Shown one piece after another: positions 52,355 to 63,284 of a stretch of DNA of 64,000 nucleotides (its first letter is position 1; the number at the start of each line of letters is the position of its first letter). The notes beneath the pieces were generated by a model. It saw only the letters and a list, made by a program, of their open reading frames with translations, searched no databases and was not told where the DNA came from. The stretch is from NCBI GenBank assembly GCA_964035545.1, contig OZ037767.1, positions 4,418,707 through 4,482,706 of the forward strand, in the 5' to 3' direction. The translations under genes and the position numbers were made by a program. This stretch comes from Bugula neritina (Eukaryota > Animalia > Bryozoa).

Positions 52355-55300
52355 ATGTCCAAAATGGACGAGTCTTCGATTTGGATGATGCCTAAAGACA
52401 TGCTGTCGTATGATCGTTTCAACTTGGAAGGTCATCTTTATGGGGAATCCAATGGTGTCAGACAACGGCAAATGAAAGGCAAGTGTTCAACATGCAGTAC
52501 CTACATTAGATAGAGATGGGCAAGTTTAGCTAGTTCTGTTCCTTTAGCTAACTGGTTTTGATTAGTGATACTTTGGATCCTGTTTCTCAAGAAGTATGAA
52601 AGAGTTAAATACTTCAATAGTTACCAACTTTTCCATCTAGTGTAATACGTCTGCAATCGGAGCGGCTCTGGTCTTCCAATTTCACAGTTATCCTACATGA
52701 CTCTATTTTCAGGACAAATATAACATCAATCCATGCTTGAGCACACAGTATTGTAATTTCACTTCAATTTTTTAGGCATCCTTTTCCCGATGGTGATTTT
52801 AGGGACTGTTATAACGTTCATGGTGGTTGTGTTTCTTTGTAACGATCTGAACTTGAATTATGACAAAGTCACAAATAATTGTTCAGAACCTTGCAGGTAA
52901 GTTACTGTAGTCTGAGTTTTATTGAGACTATCTTGTGACAGGTAAGCAACTGTAGTCCGAGTTTTACAAGGTGTGAATAGTAAATTTTCGGGGAAGCTGT
53001 GCAAGGAGGTTTATTTCAAATAGTGTTTTTCTAACAGATATGTGTTAAGTGAGCAAGTGTAAGTTTTGTATAAGAAATAAAGCAGTCACACTTTAATAAA
53101 ATAAGCTGAACCACAAATATGAATCTAAGCTAAGCACAACTTTCAGAAACGAATGATCTTTGAACTTTGAATTATTGGTTATGCCTGGCAACAGTTCAAA
53201 ACTTGGCATTTGCTAGTTTCTGCTAATTTATATAATTTAAGGTATTCTTGTTATATGGAATTAATATTTGTTGGTTTACATGCTGTTTACACAGGCCTTT
53301 CTAAAAAAATTAACCTGCTTCGTTTAGGCGTATATGCTGTATGTTATATGGCTATTTCAAGGTCGTTATGTCAAACATGTCTTCATTTTCAGGTTCGATC
53401 TTCTCTATTCCATGAAAAACAGAAGTGATAGAGACTACATTGTATTATATGAAACAATACAAAAGGCATCCAAAACGGTGAAAATTATTTCAACTTCACC
53501 AACAGGGGATGAAGTTAGTTTCTTTTTCCTAGACATATTATTAACAAATAGGCCTACTTCATTTCAATCGTAATGCACCCTATAATCAGATACAATTTGT
53601 TATTATTTATAGCATCTTTAATCCTCATTCTTTTAGAATGACTTATGAGCTATGACAAAGTGTAAAAAGCCAGTACTGCAAGATCTCCTAGATTGTAGTA
53701 ACTTGATGGTTTATTAAATTATAATAGCTCAATACCTACTAGATCACTATTAACATACTACACTCACCTTGTATAAGGTTAATGAAGCTAAATTTAATCC
53801 ATTGTTTTGATGGATATGTAAGTTTTTATATGTTCACTTTATATTAATTGTATTCATATTTTAATAAACTCTCCTGTTTTAACACACATAGCTTTTGTTG
53901 TACAGTCTTCATGGCTGTTGGAGCTATTGGAAGAAATGTACAGTGACAACATTGACATATCCTTAGTTCTCAATGTCAAGGACATCCATAATATGATGTG
54001 GAATCAGTTTCTAACTTCGAAAAGTAAGTGTTGATTTATTATGAAGGCTGGTGAATGGTACACTCTGTCTTTTATTAGCTATGCTACCAAAGGTGATGAT
54101 TTTTTGTGCTTTGGTGTGGGAAGCTCTGCTTGTACGTCTGGATTTAAAGCTGAAGTATTAAGTCAATAAGCTTTATGAAGCATAGAACATGTTACTAGGT
54201 TGAGCGTCTAACAGTATGTACATAAAACATTAACTTTTTCTTGTAAAGCCTGTATAACAATAATGCTATAATGTTACAAAAAAGAGCCATACCACCATCT
54301 CGTAGATGACACCTGTCAGCCAATGGTCATGACCCGTCAGCCGAGCCTGGTCAATTGACACTTAGTTTCTTGAATACTAGTATCATACTTGGTGTAGTGG
54401 AAAGTTTTTGTTACTAAGTCAAACAACGTCACAATTTACAAGCACAGGGTAAAAACAAAAGTCTGCATTTAAAATAAGTTTCACAGTTGACTTCTTATTT
54501 ACAAATTAATTACTGGATACAATTTTTCTATTGTATAAAATTTTTTGCCAACTCAAGGATTGCCGAAGTTAATATTTGTATTGTTTTCAAAATAAGAGCC
54601 ATATTTATCAAATAATATGAATGTTAGTGTCAACATTGAATATTTATCAGACTAGCATTTTGTATAGTTTGTGTAAAGATGTCTGTATTATATTGTCTCG
54701 TGTGGTTATAGATGCAGAAGTATACTGGTTAGATGTTCACTCTATATATTCCCAGCTGATAATCATAGATGATGGCAGCTTTTATTTGCTGAACAGTAAC
54801 AGGACTAGTCTACTCTCTGGGGTAGGCTGTCTATGTAAGAATCTGGAGTCTCATTGGGGTTCGAATACTGACTGTTAAAGCTGAGGAATTGTGTATTTAT
54901 AATATTATTTTGATTACTTACTAGCGGTGAATATTATTATATATTATGAAAATTGCTGTTGAACTGTACCTGTATTCTCGCATATTTATAATATTTTTTC
55001 TTCTATAGTTTTTCATAGATGACTATACAAAATAATTTTTGCCTTGTTTATAATTGGATTAAAAATAGTCTTTTAACATTACCTTCAAAGGCTTTGCATG
55101 CAAGCATTGCTTTAGTCATATAAGTTTTATCTAGTCGAACTTATATAAATTTGTTCTTGTGGCAAGCTGAAAAATGTAGGCTTGAAGTTTTAAGTTACTG
55201 TTTCAACACTTGAAATATGTCTATATGATTTCTTCTTATAAAGACATACTTATTCAAAAATATTATTAGTTAATTGTGATATTCAATTATTGGTTTAAAT

Positions 55301-57876
55301 TCAAGACAAACTGCTTTAATTTGTTGATAAACAACTACTATGCTGCAGTTGCTGCTAGAGTGTAACAAAAAACTGTTATAAGTATGGGGTGCCAAGTGGT
55401 CAAAATTTCACTCACCATTTGATCTCATATGTCCAAAATAAAGGATATTATATTATTCATTCCCATATGCTTACAAAAGGTTTTCATAGGTCTATAATTG
55501 TCTCTCATACCCTAGAGAGATGAAATTGCATATTAAGCATAGCAGAGGAAGAATTAAGGGTAAGAAAATGAATAACAGTAGTAGACTTGAGAGCATAAAT
55601 AGCGAAGGTAAGAGAACAAATTATACACATATGAAAACTTTTTGTAAGTATATGAGGAAGAATAATGGTTAGATGCTTTATTCTGAACATGTGAGATAAA
55701 ATATAAGTGAATTTTTCACCATCAGGCATTCCATGTAGAGGTTTTAAAAACATGGAAACTAGAAGCTTGTTTTGAAAAAGTTGTAAACTTGAAAGCACTG
55801 TTGTAAATAGTCTTTTTTTTTATTCTAGAAAATTCCTCCAAGTGGTGGGCTGCTGGTTAGAGAATGTTCGTGTGTCACATCTTCAGTAACCCAGCTGTTT
55901 CAGCAACTCGTTGAAGTGGCGACAAACTCGCTTCTCTCTCTGCAGATTGAAGCGAACAACCAATGGCATTACACCACACAACTCAGTGCAGAAAGACGGG
56001 TGAAACTCGTGACACTCGAAGGGCAGAATCGAGGGGAATTTTACTCTGTAGTCAGTAGTGACTAATACTGTAGTTAGTAGTAACTAGTATTGTAGTTGGT
56101 AGTGACTAATACTGTAATTAGTAGTGACTAATACTGTAGTTAGTAGTGACTAATACTGTAGTCAATAGTTACTAATACTGTAGTTAGTAGTAACTAATAC
56201 TGTAGTTAGTAGTGACTAATACTGTAGCTAGTAGTGACTGACACTGTGATCTTTTAACTTACGTTTTTAGATAAAGCCTGCATTTGGTGCATTAAAAACA
56301 AAAGTGAAGCTGTGAGTATAAACAAGCTAATTTTAACTTTGTAGTCCGTTTCACCACATCTGAATCCCTCCAACAAGTTGAAGGATTTGAATGCCTTGTT
56401 AGATGTGTTGAACAGCACCTGCAATAACTACTCATATATCACCTACTATGACTATAACCCAGGTGTGAGTACCACAACAAGGAATGGCAGGTAAATAACG
56501 CAATATTATATATGTAAGTGTGTTAGTGAGTTTATTTTATATTGTTAATCAGCCTGCAGCTCATTATTTCTCACAACTGATATGCTTTAGAGTGCTCCAA
56601 CTTGCTCATAGAGCATTTGATCTCTCAAAATTATTCAAACTACTAAAATAAGTGATGCTTCCAGGGCTGTTTTGATTGAATAAAGAGCAGACAACTTCTA
56701 GCACCGTTATAATAAACATCATGTCACTCACTTATAAAGTAATTGACTGTTAGAAGTGACAGCAACTTGCAGGTATTTTATGTAATAGAAGACAGGTACA
56801 TTTTAGATATTGGCCAGCTATTGAGGAAGCCTTAGCAAGAGTTCGTTATGAGACTACTACGACAGTCAAGATCTTAAACTATGGTCACATGACAGAAGAA
56901 AATCACACATTACCATGTCCCAGCCGCCAGGTTTGTTTTCTTTATTTGCTGTAAGTGGGGAAAAATCTTTGAGGTTTGAATCAATTTAATTATTTTTAAT
57001 TTAAAAAAAAATGTTTCATTCTATTATTTGTCTTTGAAAGCTGATAAAACATTGAAATTGATTTTATTTAGCAAGATATGCAAACAGAGTTTGTGTTTAG
57101 CAATACTACACCAGCTCATGTCTTGTTTCAGCAGCTTCATCCGCCATTCATCACACACAGAAGTAATACAGAAGGACCTTGCTATCTTATTACAGACAAT
57201 GCCTTGTATTATGGTGAGACTTAACAGTACTCCTAATTAATATATGTATGTGTACTATTGTAATACTACTTTTATTAACTATGAAACAATTATATACAGT
57301 ATAATAAAGAAACAGTTAAAATTATTATTTTATAATTTAGGTATCAATTAGAGATATAAATATGTAATATAAAATATAAAATATAAATATAAAATAAAAT
57401 ATAAAATATTGCTCAGTTTACTTGCAAAAGATTTCATAATCTTATGTTGCTAAATAACACCCTTTTTAATAATGCATCATTTCTAAATAATGTGCTGTCA
57501 ATCACAGTCTTAAGTCATCTGCAGAAAATTCTAGAGCTATCTCTAATTGGCTAAGACAAACAAAGGAAGCAGTTAGCTCTTCGATGTGCAATTCTTCTGC
57601 TATCTAACTAATATGGCCTGTTGTGACTCATGATTTATAACTTGTGTTTATTTAGACATTAGTTGCTCACTACCAATTCTCACTATTTCTCGTCCAGGTT
57701 CTTGCTACTGGACTGGAAACTATTTCACACACAGCCGGCTGTCCATCAGTGTGGTGATAACAAGAACTGAGGCTACAGAGTTAGGGATGAGTCAGAACAC
57801 CTCCCATATGCATGAGTCATCAGATGCCATCTTGTGGTCTCAGTTCTTAAATCATTTTATACAAACCACAGGCTAA
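52355..57876 (+). CDS. PLD3/PLD4/PLD5-family type II membrane protein, 448 aa, predicted catalytically inactive. Exons 52355-52478 (GC donor), 52776-52896, 53393-53513, 53906-54023, 54712-54821, 55829-56050, 56345-56490, 56807-56930, 57132-57213, 57698-57876
   Basis: Ten phase-consistent exons, 1347 nt, no internal stop. N-terminal TM (ILFPMVILGTVITFMVVVFL), then landmarks collinear with human PLD3 as recalled: CSEPC~CYDPC, GLLVRECSC~GVVMYNCSC, DLNALLDVLN~DLKALLNVVD, YWPAIEEAL~FWPAIDDGL, GSCYWTGNYFT~GTSNWSGNYFT, LWSQFLNHF~LRSQLEAIF. Confidence 0.88.
56043..56245 (+). repeat. Splice-donor-spanning minisatellite, 22-bp unit TACTGTA|GTTAGTAGTGACTAA x~9, in the PLD-like gene
   Basis: The first copy is the exon end TACTCTGTA|GTCAGT at 56050. 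Confidence 0.9.
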
Positions 57877-58118
57877 ACCACAGGCTAAACCTGCCACTAG
57901 GGTGTGCTGCATGACCTGGTCTTCAACTAATAAAAACTTACGTGAGTTAATAGACACTATCCCTGTGAGAACTCCTGATGGAAAGGATGTTTAAAAGCCT
58001 GCGAAGGACTTCTTCGGATGTGGAACAGGAGCAATTATGACTGAGTGATCTTTTCTGGTATTTGGACTCAAACCACTCACCTTAAGTTTACTAGGCCGGC
58101 GCTCTAACCACTACACCT
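57863..58118 (-). mobile_element. Putative tRNA-derived SINE, antisense in the PLD-like 3' end
   Basis: Minus strand starts AGGTGTAGTGGTTAGAGCG (A-box-like) with GGTTTGAGTCC (B-box-like) at tRNA spacing; a 12-bp tandem repeat sits at the far end. The extent of the body is uncertain. Confidence 0.45.
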
Positions 58119-58667
58119 CTGCTACTCTTTTTGATCTCAAGCTAATAGTAAATGATTAATTTTGATGAACACTGGGACTTTCACATTCAGTTAGAGTCAA
58201 TTATGTGTGATGGTTGGTAGGTTGTTCAGAAGTTGTTCTCTCTTACTTAACACAATATTTTTTAAGAATAAACGCTAGTAATTTTGTTTTTAAGTGCAGT
58301 TTTTCAGGAAGGACTTCATAATATAATAATTGAAATGTCAGCTTAAAATTGAATATTTTGTTTTATTTTGAAAATATTTGCATAATAGGCCTGCATTATA
58401 CAGAGCTGCTAAAATGTTTCATTGTAGAATCTTTGTTATAAACATGTATTTGATAGAAAAATCAAAATCTTTCACTACTGTAGTCATCTTTATAGAAAAG
58501 ACTGGAAACTGGCTTTTAAAACTGATTCTGAGGACAATTTTGTAGATGAAGTATGTAGTTTTCTTGATATAGTAAAGTCTTATAATGAAACATTTCTCAT
58601 TGCAGTTTTATATGTTAATATTTGGCAGTATTTAGATGTGTATTGGCATAATAACTCGGTAAAAATG

Positions 58668-58878
58668 TTCATGATATTTTATCATTGAGCTGTGTTTCAG
58701 CTCTAATAACTTGCACTAGTCTTAACATATATATTCGTACATATTACTTTATGTCATAATATTTTTGCTAAATATTTTGTTGTTTATCCAATTTTAGTAT
58801 GCTTACTCTATTCTTTATAATTGTACATATCTTTTTTATATTTGCTGTATAATCAATGCAATTGTTTTTGTTTCAAGA
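58668..58878 (+). repeat. Dispersed direct repeat, copy 1 (distal PLD-like 3' UTR, just before AATAAA at ~58885)
   Basis: Aligns by eye with 63804-64000 (ATTTTTGCTAAATATTTTGTTG, AATTTTAGTATGCTTACTCTATT, TATTTGCTGTATAATCAATGCAATTGTTTTTGTTT). Confidence 0.9.
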
Positions 58879-59254
58879 GATTCAAATAAAGTTGAAGGTT
58901 TGTAAGTTTTGCAACAAAAAGAATAAAAATTAGCAACAAAATGGGGGGCTTAATCAAGAGATGGTGCGGTTTTGTTATCTATAAAGAAATATGCACCAAA
59001 ATGTGGTAGCCATTTACAGCATAATAATACAAATTTAGAATCTAGATTAATTGCAAGACCTTTAGGGTAATTCATTTGTGGGACTTTCAAACTTGATAAT
59101 TAGACTTTTTACACTTGCCCAGCAAGTATTCAATCTCCTCTTGCAAAAAAGGCAGACATGCTGATAAAATGCTTTACATGAGCATTCTCTGTGTTACGTG
59201 AATATATGGCAAGATAAGATACAAGGATTGCTAATAGCTTCTTGCCATAAATAG

Positions 59255-59800
59255 TGTAATAATTTTATGCGTGGAATGTTATAATTCGCTGCATGTAATT
59301 ATTGGTGTGGGTTATTAGCTGATGGAACACAGTGACTCTTTGTTGAGAGTATTTAGAACACAGTGAGTCTTTGTGGAGGGTATTTATTAACAAATAAATA
59401 AGAAGATTTATACTCACTATCCTTTATTGCACTCCAAAATACATATATCCAAAAATAGAAAGTTAGGGAGGACAACTCCTTACATCGTGTGGAAAACTAT
59501 TAGTAACTATTATTCAAGGTATAAGGTAATTAACTAAGTATATAAGTGTCCTGGCTTGGTAGCTCCGAGTTGTGTCTTCCTCTGCTGCTGGCTGTAGACT
59601 GAACTCACTGATGTGAGGGCTTCCTTTTATACGTTGGGATGTAGTTAGCCTAGAAGGTTCCATGCGAATTCGAGGGAGTTCGATCGAATCGCAGGGGATT
59701 CGCAGGGTCATAACAAAAGGTTCGCTCGAATCGAGCGAACTTCGAGGGGAAATCCCGGTCATCTTTATTATGTAAGCAGTCCTATGCGTAGCTAGGAACA
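59255..59800 (-). mobile_element. Solo LTR, 546 bp, probably Gypsy-type
   Basis: TGT...ACA termini flanked by identical ATAG (59251-59254 and 59801-59804). On the minus strand a CpG-rich U3-like part precedes TATAAAA (59631-59625), followed by AATAAA (59428-59423 and 59388-59383). Confidence 0.8.
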
Positions 59801-60002
59801 ATAGCTAATCCAGTCAGGGCTATAATAATATGTAGCTGGGAATAATAACTAATCCCGTCATTACCATCATGACACTTAGCTGTTAATGGACTGTGGCTAT
59901 GCAAATGATATACTTAAGAAAAACACGCATTCCATGGGAATGAAAGTAATAATAGTAAGGAAATACACGCAACAATTACAATATACACAATTTTACCACA
60001 AT

Positions 60003-60070
60003 AGGACGCCTGAGACTCAAACCCATAGACCTTTCTGGTGAGAGTTATGCCCTCTATCAGCTGTGCCACC
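60003..60070 (-). mobile_element. Degenerate tRNA-like SINE head
   Basis: Minus strand GGTGGCACAGCTGATAGAG (A-box-like) ... GGGTTTGAGTCTC (B-box-like); no intact cloverleaf. Confidence 0.45.
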
Positions 60071-60581
60071 TTGTTTTTACGAAATACCACACAGAAAAAT
60101 ATGCTTTAGCTTATAATGTACCGGTGAGAGTATTTTGGAATTTAATCCAAACACAAAACATTGCTAAAATTCAGTTTATGGTTAAACAATGACATGACAC
60201 TTTGTCATTCACAAATTATGTAATTTTGGATGAAAACATTAACCAATTATTTGCAATAAAACTTTAAAAAATATAACAAATTTTATTAATAGTGCCTTTA
60301 TAAAAAGAAATTAAATCTTAAAAAAGTGAATCAGCTTACCATAATATTTGGGATAAAAACAATAAATTGTGTATCTATACTATTAGTGAATACAATGTGT
60401 TTACTAATCCATTCAAATGCAGTTTACAGAAATAAAACAAGACTTGCAGGCATATGCGACTATAGAACAATGAGCATAGCACAAACAAGTGCAATTTCTT
60501 CTCATCTAAGTCATTGTATGATCAATACTTAAAGTTTAAAAACTTGATTGCAAAAATAGTTGTAATGAAGAGTAATTAAAT

Positions 60582-63284
60582 TTAATTCTCTGCATTCTGA
60601 TTAAGCGTTCTGTAAGTTATGTCCAGCAGCTGACGGAACTGTGCAGGAGACAGTCTCCAACACATAGAAGCAAGTGTCTCTGTATAACCACCATGTGCTA
60701 ACAGATGAGCAGCTGTGTCACCATCTTCATCCTGAATTGAGAGAATGTCTAGTAGGTCAGCGACAGCGAGCTTGTCAGTCATAGCGTTCAATGTCTCCGG
60801 GTAACCGATTTCTGCTGCATAGTGTAGAGGAGTTTTCCCATCTTCATTCTGCAAACGGAGTTGTCTGACCAAGTCTGGTGTTGAGATGGAGTTTACTATG
60901 TATTCTATTGTCTCTGTGTGACCTCTGTCTACTGCACAGTGTAGAGCTGTGTTACTGTTTATATTCTGCAGTTGAAGGAGCTCGAGTGTTTCAGGTACAG
61001 ATAAAACAGATAGCATACATTGGATAATTTGAGTATAGCCTTTGTAAGCTGAATTGTGGAGAGCAGTACTACCAGAGTTATTTTGTATGCTGATCAAGCT
61101 GAATCGGCCCAATGCTGGTACACAGTCTAATATGCAGTTCAATATTTCTAAACGGTTGTTTTCTGCTGCATTGTGTATGATAGTTTTACCTTCTTGGTCA
61201 GCTATGCTGAATAATTTGTTTGCGGCATTTGGGGATATGTTGTTTATTACACACTTCAGAAATTCTGTATGACCTTTATGTACAGCAATATGTATAGCTG
61301 TGTTGCCAAAATTGTTCTCTTTAGCGAGCAATTTATACAAATCATCTTTAGATATAGAATTTATGATATGTCTCAAAAATTCAGTATTACCTGCAGAAGC
61401 TATGTCATGCATAGCTGTATAACTTGCACTATTCTGTATGTCAAGAAACTTGAATAACTCATCTTTTCCTACAATTTTTGCTATACATTCTAATATTTCT
61501 AGACGACAGTTACGTGTGGCAGAGAATAGAGCTGTATTACCATCCTTGTTCTCAATCTTGAGCAATTCAAGTAACTGTTGGGAGGAGATTTTTAAAGCTA
61601 TCACCTGTTTCAGTATTTCTGTTTGACCTTTGAACGCTGCTAAGTTCACAGCTGTGTCACCATGATGGTTCTTCATAGCGAGCAGTTCATAGCAATCATT
61701 TTCATGTATAATTTCTACGATATATTTCAGAGATTCAGTATCACCTGAGGAAGCTATGAAATGTATAGCTGTATAACCTTTGCTATTCGGTATTTTAAGT
61801 AACTCTATTAACCCATCTTTTGGTATACATTCTAATATTTCTAGACGACAGCTACGTGTGGCAGAGAGTAGAGCTGTATTACCATCCTTGTTCTCAATCT
61901 TGAGCAATTCAAGTAACTGTTGGGAGGAGATTTTTAAATCTGTTACCTGTTTCAGTATTTCTGTTTGACCTTTGAATGCTGCTAAGTTCACAGCTGTGTT
62001 GTCATGATGGTTCTTCATAGCGAGCAGTTCATAGCAATCATCTTCATGTATAGTTTTTACGATATATTTCAGAGATTCAGTATTACCTGAGGAAGCTATG
62101 GAATGTATAGCTGTATAACCTTTGCTATTCGGTATTTTAAGTAACTCTAATAACCTATCTTTTGGTATACATTCTAATATTTCTAGACGACAGCTACGTG
62201 TGGCAGAGAGTAGAGCTGTATTACCATCCTTGTTCTCAATCTTGAGCAATTCAAGTAACTGTTGGGAGGAGATTTTTAAAGCTATCACCTGTTTCAGTAT
62301 TTCTGTTTGACCTTTGAATGCTGCTAAGTTCACAGCTGTGTTGTCATGATGGTTCTTCATAGCGAGCAGTTCATAGCAATCATCTTCATGTATAGTTTCT
62401 ACGATATATTTCAGAGATTCAGTATTACCTGAGGAAGCTATGGAATGTATAGCTGTATAACCTTTGCTATTCGGTATTTTAAGTAACTCTAATAACCTAT
62501 CTTTTGGTATACATTCTAATATTTCTGGACAACAGCTACGTGTGGCAGAGAGAAGAGCTGTTTTACCATTCTTGTTCTCAATCTTGAGCAATTCAAGTAA
62601 CTGTTGGGAGGAGATTTTTAAAGCTATCACCTGTTTCAGTATTTCTGTTTGACCTTTGAACGCTGCTAAGTTCACAGCTGTGTTGTCATGATGGTTCTTC
62701 ATAGCGAGCAGTTTATAGCAATCATCTTCATGTATAGTTTCTACGATATATTTCAGAGATTCAGTATCACCTGAGGAAGCTATGGAATGTATAGCTGTAT
62801 AGCCTTTACTATTCTGCATGGCAAGTAACTTGAATAACTCATGTGCTTGTAAACTCTTTAAGATATGTTTTGTTATTTCTGTACGGCATTTATATGCCGC
62901 ACAATGTAGGACTGTATTACCTTCTACATTTTCAGTGCTAAGCAATTCCAGTTTGTTTACTGCTGGTACTGCATCTACTATCTGTTTTAGTATGTCTGCT
63001 TGATTGTTGTATGCTGCAAAATGTACAGGTGTTTCAGTTTTTTCATTTTGTATAGTGAGCAAACAATATAAGTGATCATGGTCTGTTACCGAGTCTATCA
63101 CATGCTTCACTATTTCAGTGTAGCCCTTCCGTACAGCTTTGTGTAAAATTGTCCAGCCATTGTAATCTTTCTCACTCAGCACGCTGAACAGATCTGTGTC
63201 TGGAATTGCAGCTAGTGTCTCCTTGAACCACTTTGGGTTCTGGCAAAGTATCCTTAATTCTTTGTATAACTGACGAGTTGACAT
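60582..63284 (-). CDS. Ankyrin-repeat protein, about 900 aa, single long coding exon, more than 20 ankyrin repeats
   Basis: Uninterrupted 2.7-kb ORF with recurrent G.T(A/P)(L/I)H.AA..G..E motifs at ~38-39 aa period. First in-frame ATG is at 63284; the track start at 63350 is TTG. A short upstream exon cannot be excluded. Confidence 0.88.
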   Translation of the reverse strand: MSTRQLYKELRILCQNPKWFKETLAAIPDTDLFSVLSEKDYNGWTILHKAVRKGYTEIVKHVIDSVTDHDHLYCLLTIQNEKTETPVHFAAYNNQADILKQIVDAVPAVNKLELLSTENVEGNTVLHCAAYKCRTEITKHILKSLQAHELFKLLAMQNSKGYTAIHSIASSGDTESLKYIVETIHEDDCYKLLAMKNHHDNTAVNLAAFKGQTEILKQVIALKISSQQLLELLKIENKNGKTALLSATRSCCPEILECIPKDRLLELLKIPNSKGYTAIHSIASSGNTESLKYIVETIHEDDCYELLAMKNHHDNTAVNLAAFKGQTEILKQVIALKISSQQLLELLKIENKDGNTALLSATRSCRLEILECIPKDRLLELLKIPNSKGYTAIHSIASSGNTESLKYIVKTIHEDDCYELLAMKNHHDNTAVNLAAFKGQTEILKQVTDLKISSQQLLELLKIENKDGNTALLSATRSCRLEILECIPKDGLIELLKIPNSKGYTAIHFIASSGDTESLKYIVEIIHENDCYELLAMKNHHGDTAVNLAAFKGQTEILKQVIALKISSQQLLELLKIENKDGNTALFSATRNCRLEILECIAKIVGKDELFKFLDIQNSASYTAMHDIASAGNTEFLRHIINSISKDDLYKLLAKENNFGNTAIHIAVHKGHTEFLKCVINNISPNAANKLFSIADQEGKTIIHNAAENNRLEILNCILDCVPALGRFSLISIQNNSGSTALHNSAYKGYTQIIQCMLSVLSVPETLELLQLQNINSNTALHCAVDRGHTETIEYIVNSISTPDLVRQLRLQNEDGKTPLHYAAEIGYPETLNAMTDKLAVADLLDILSIQDEDGDTAAHLLAHGGYTETLASMCWRLSPAQFRQLLDITYRTLNQNAEN
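61434..62813 (-). repeat. Coding tandem repeat: 4 x 342 bp (114 aa, three ankyrin repeats per unit; last copy 354 bp)
   Basis: Near-identical DNA units; antisense ORFs in the track recur at 61438/61780/62122/62464, a 342-nt period. Confidence 0.95.

Noticed and set aside
56271-56311. Apparent extra PLD exon (ag|ATAAAG...AAGCT|gtgag)
   Set aside because: It would leave a 33-nt intron and break the phase; exon 55829-56050 joins 56345 directly and matches PLD3.
58058-60070. Two tRNA-like sequences as real tRNA genes
   Set aside because: Degenerate B boxes (GTTTGAG) and no complete cloverleaf; treated as SINE remnants.
61054-63003. Repeated 62-aa plus-strand ORFs
   Set aside because: Antisense by-products of the 342-bp ankyrin units.
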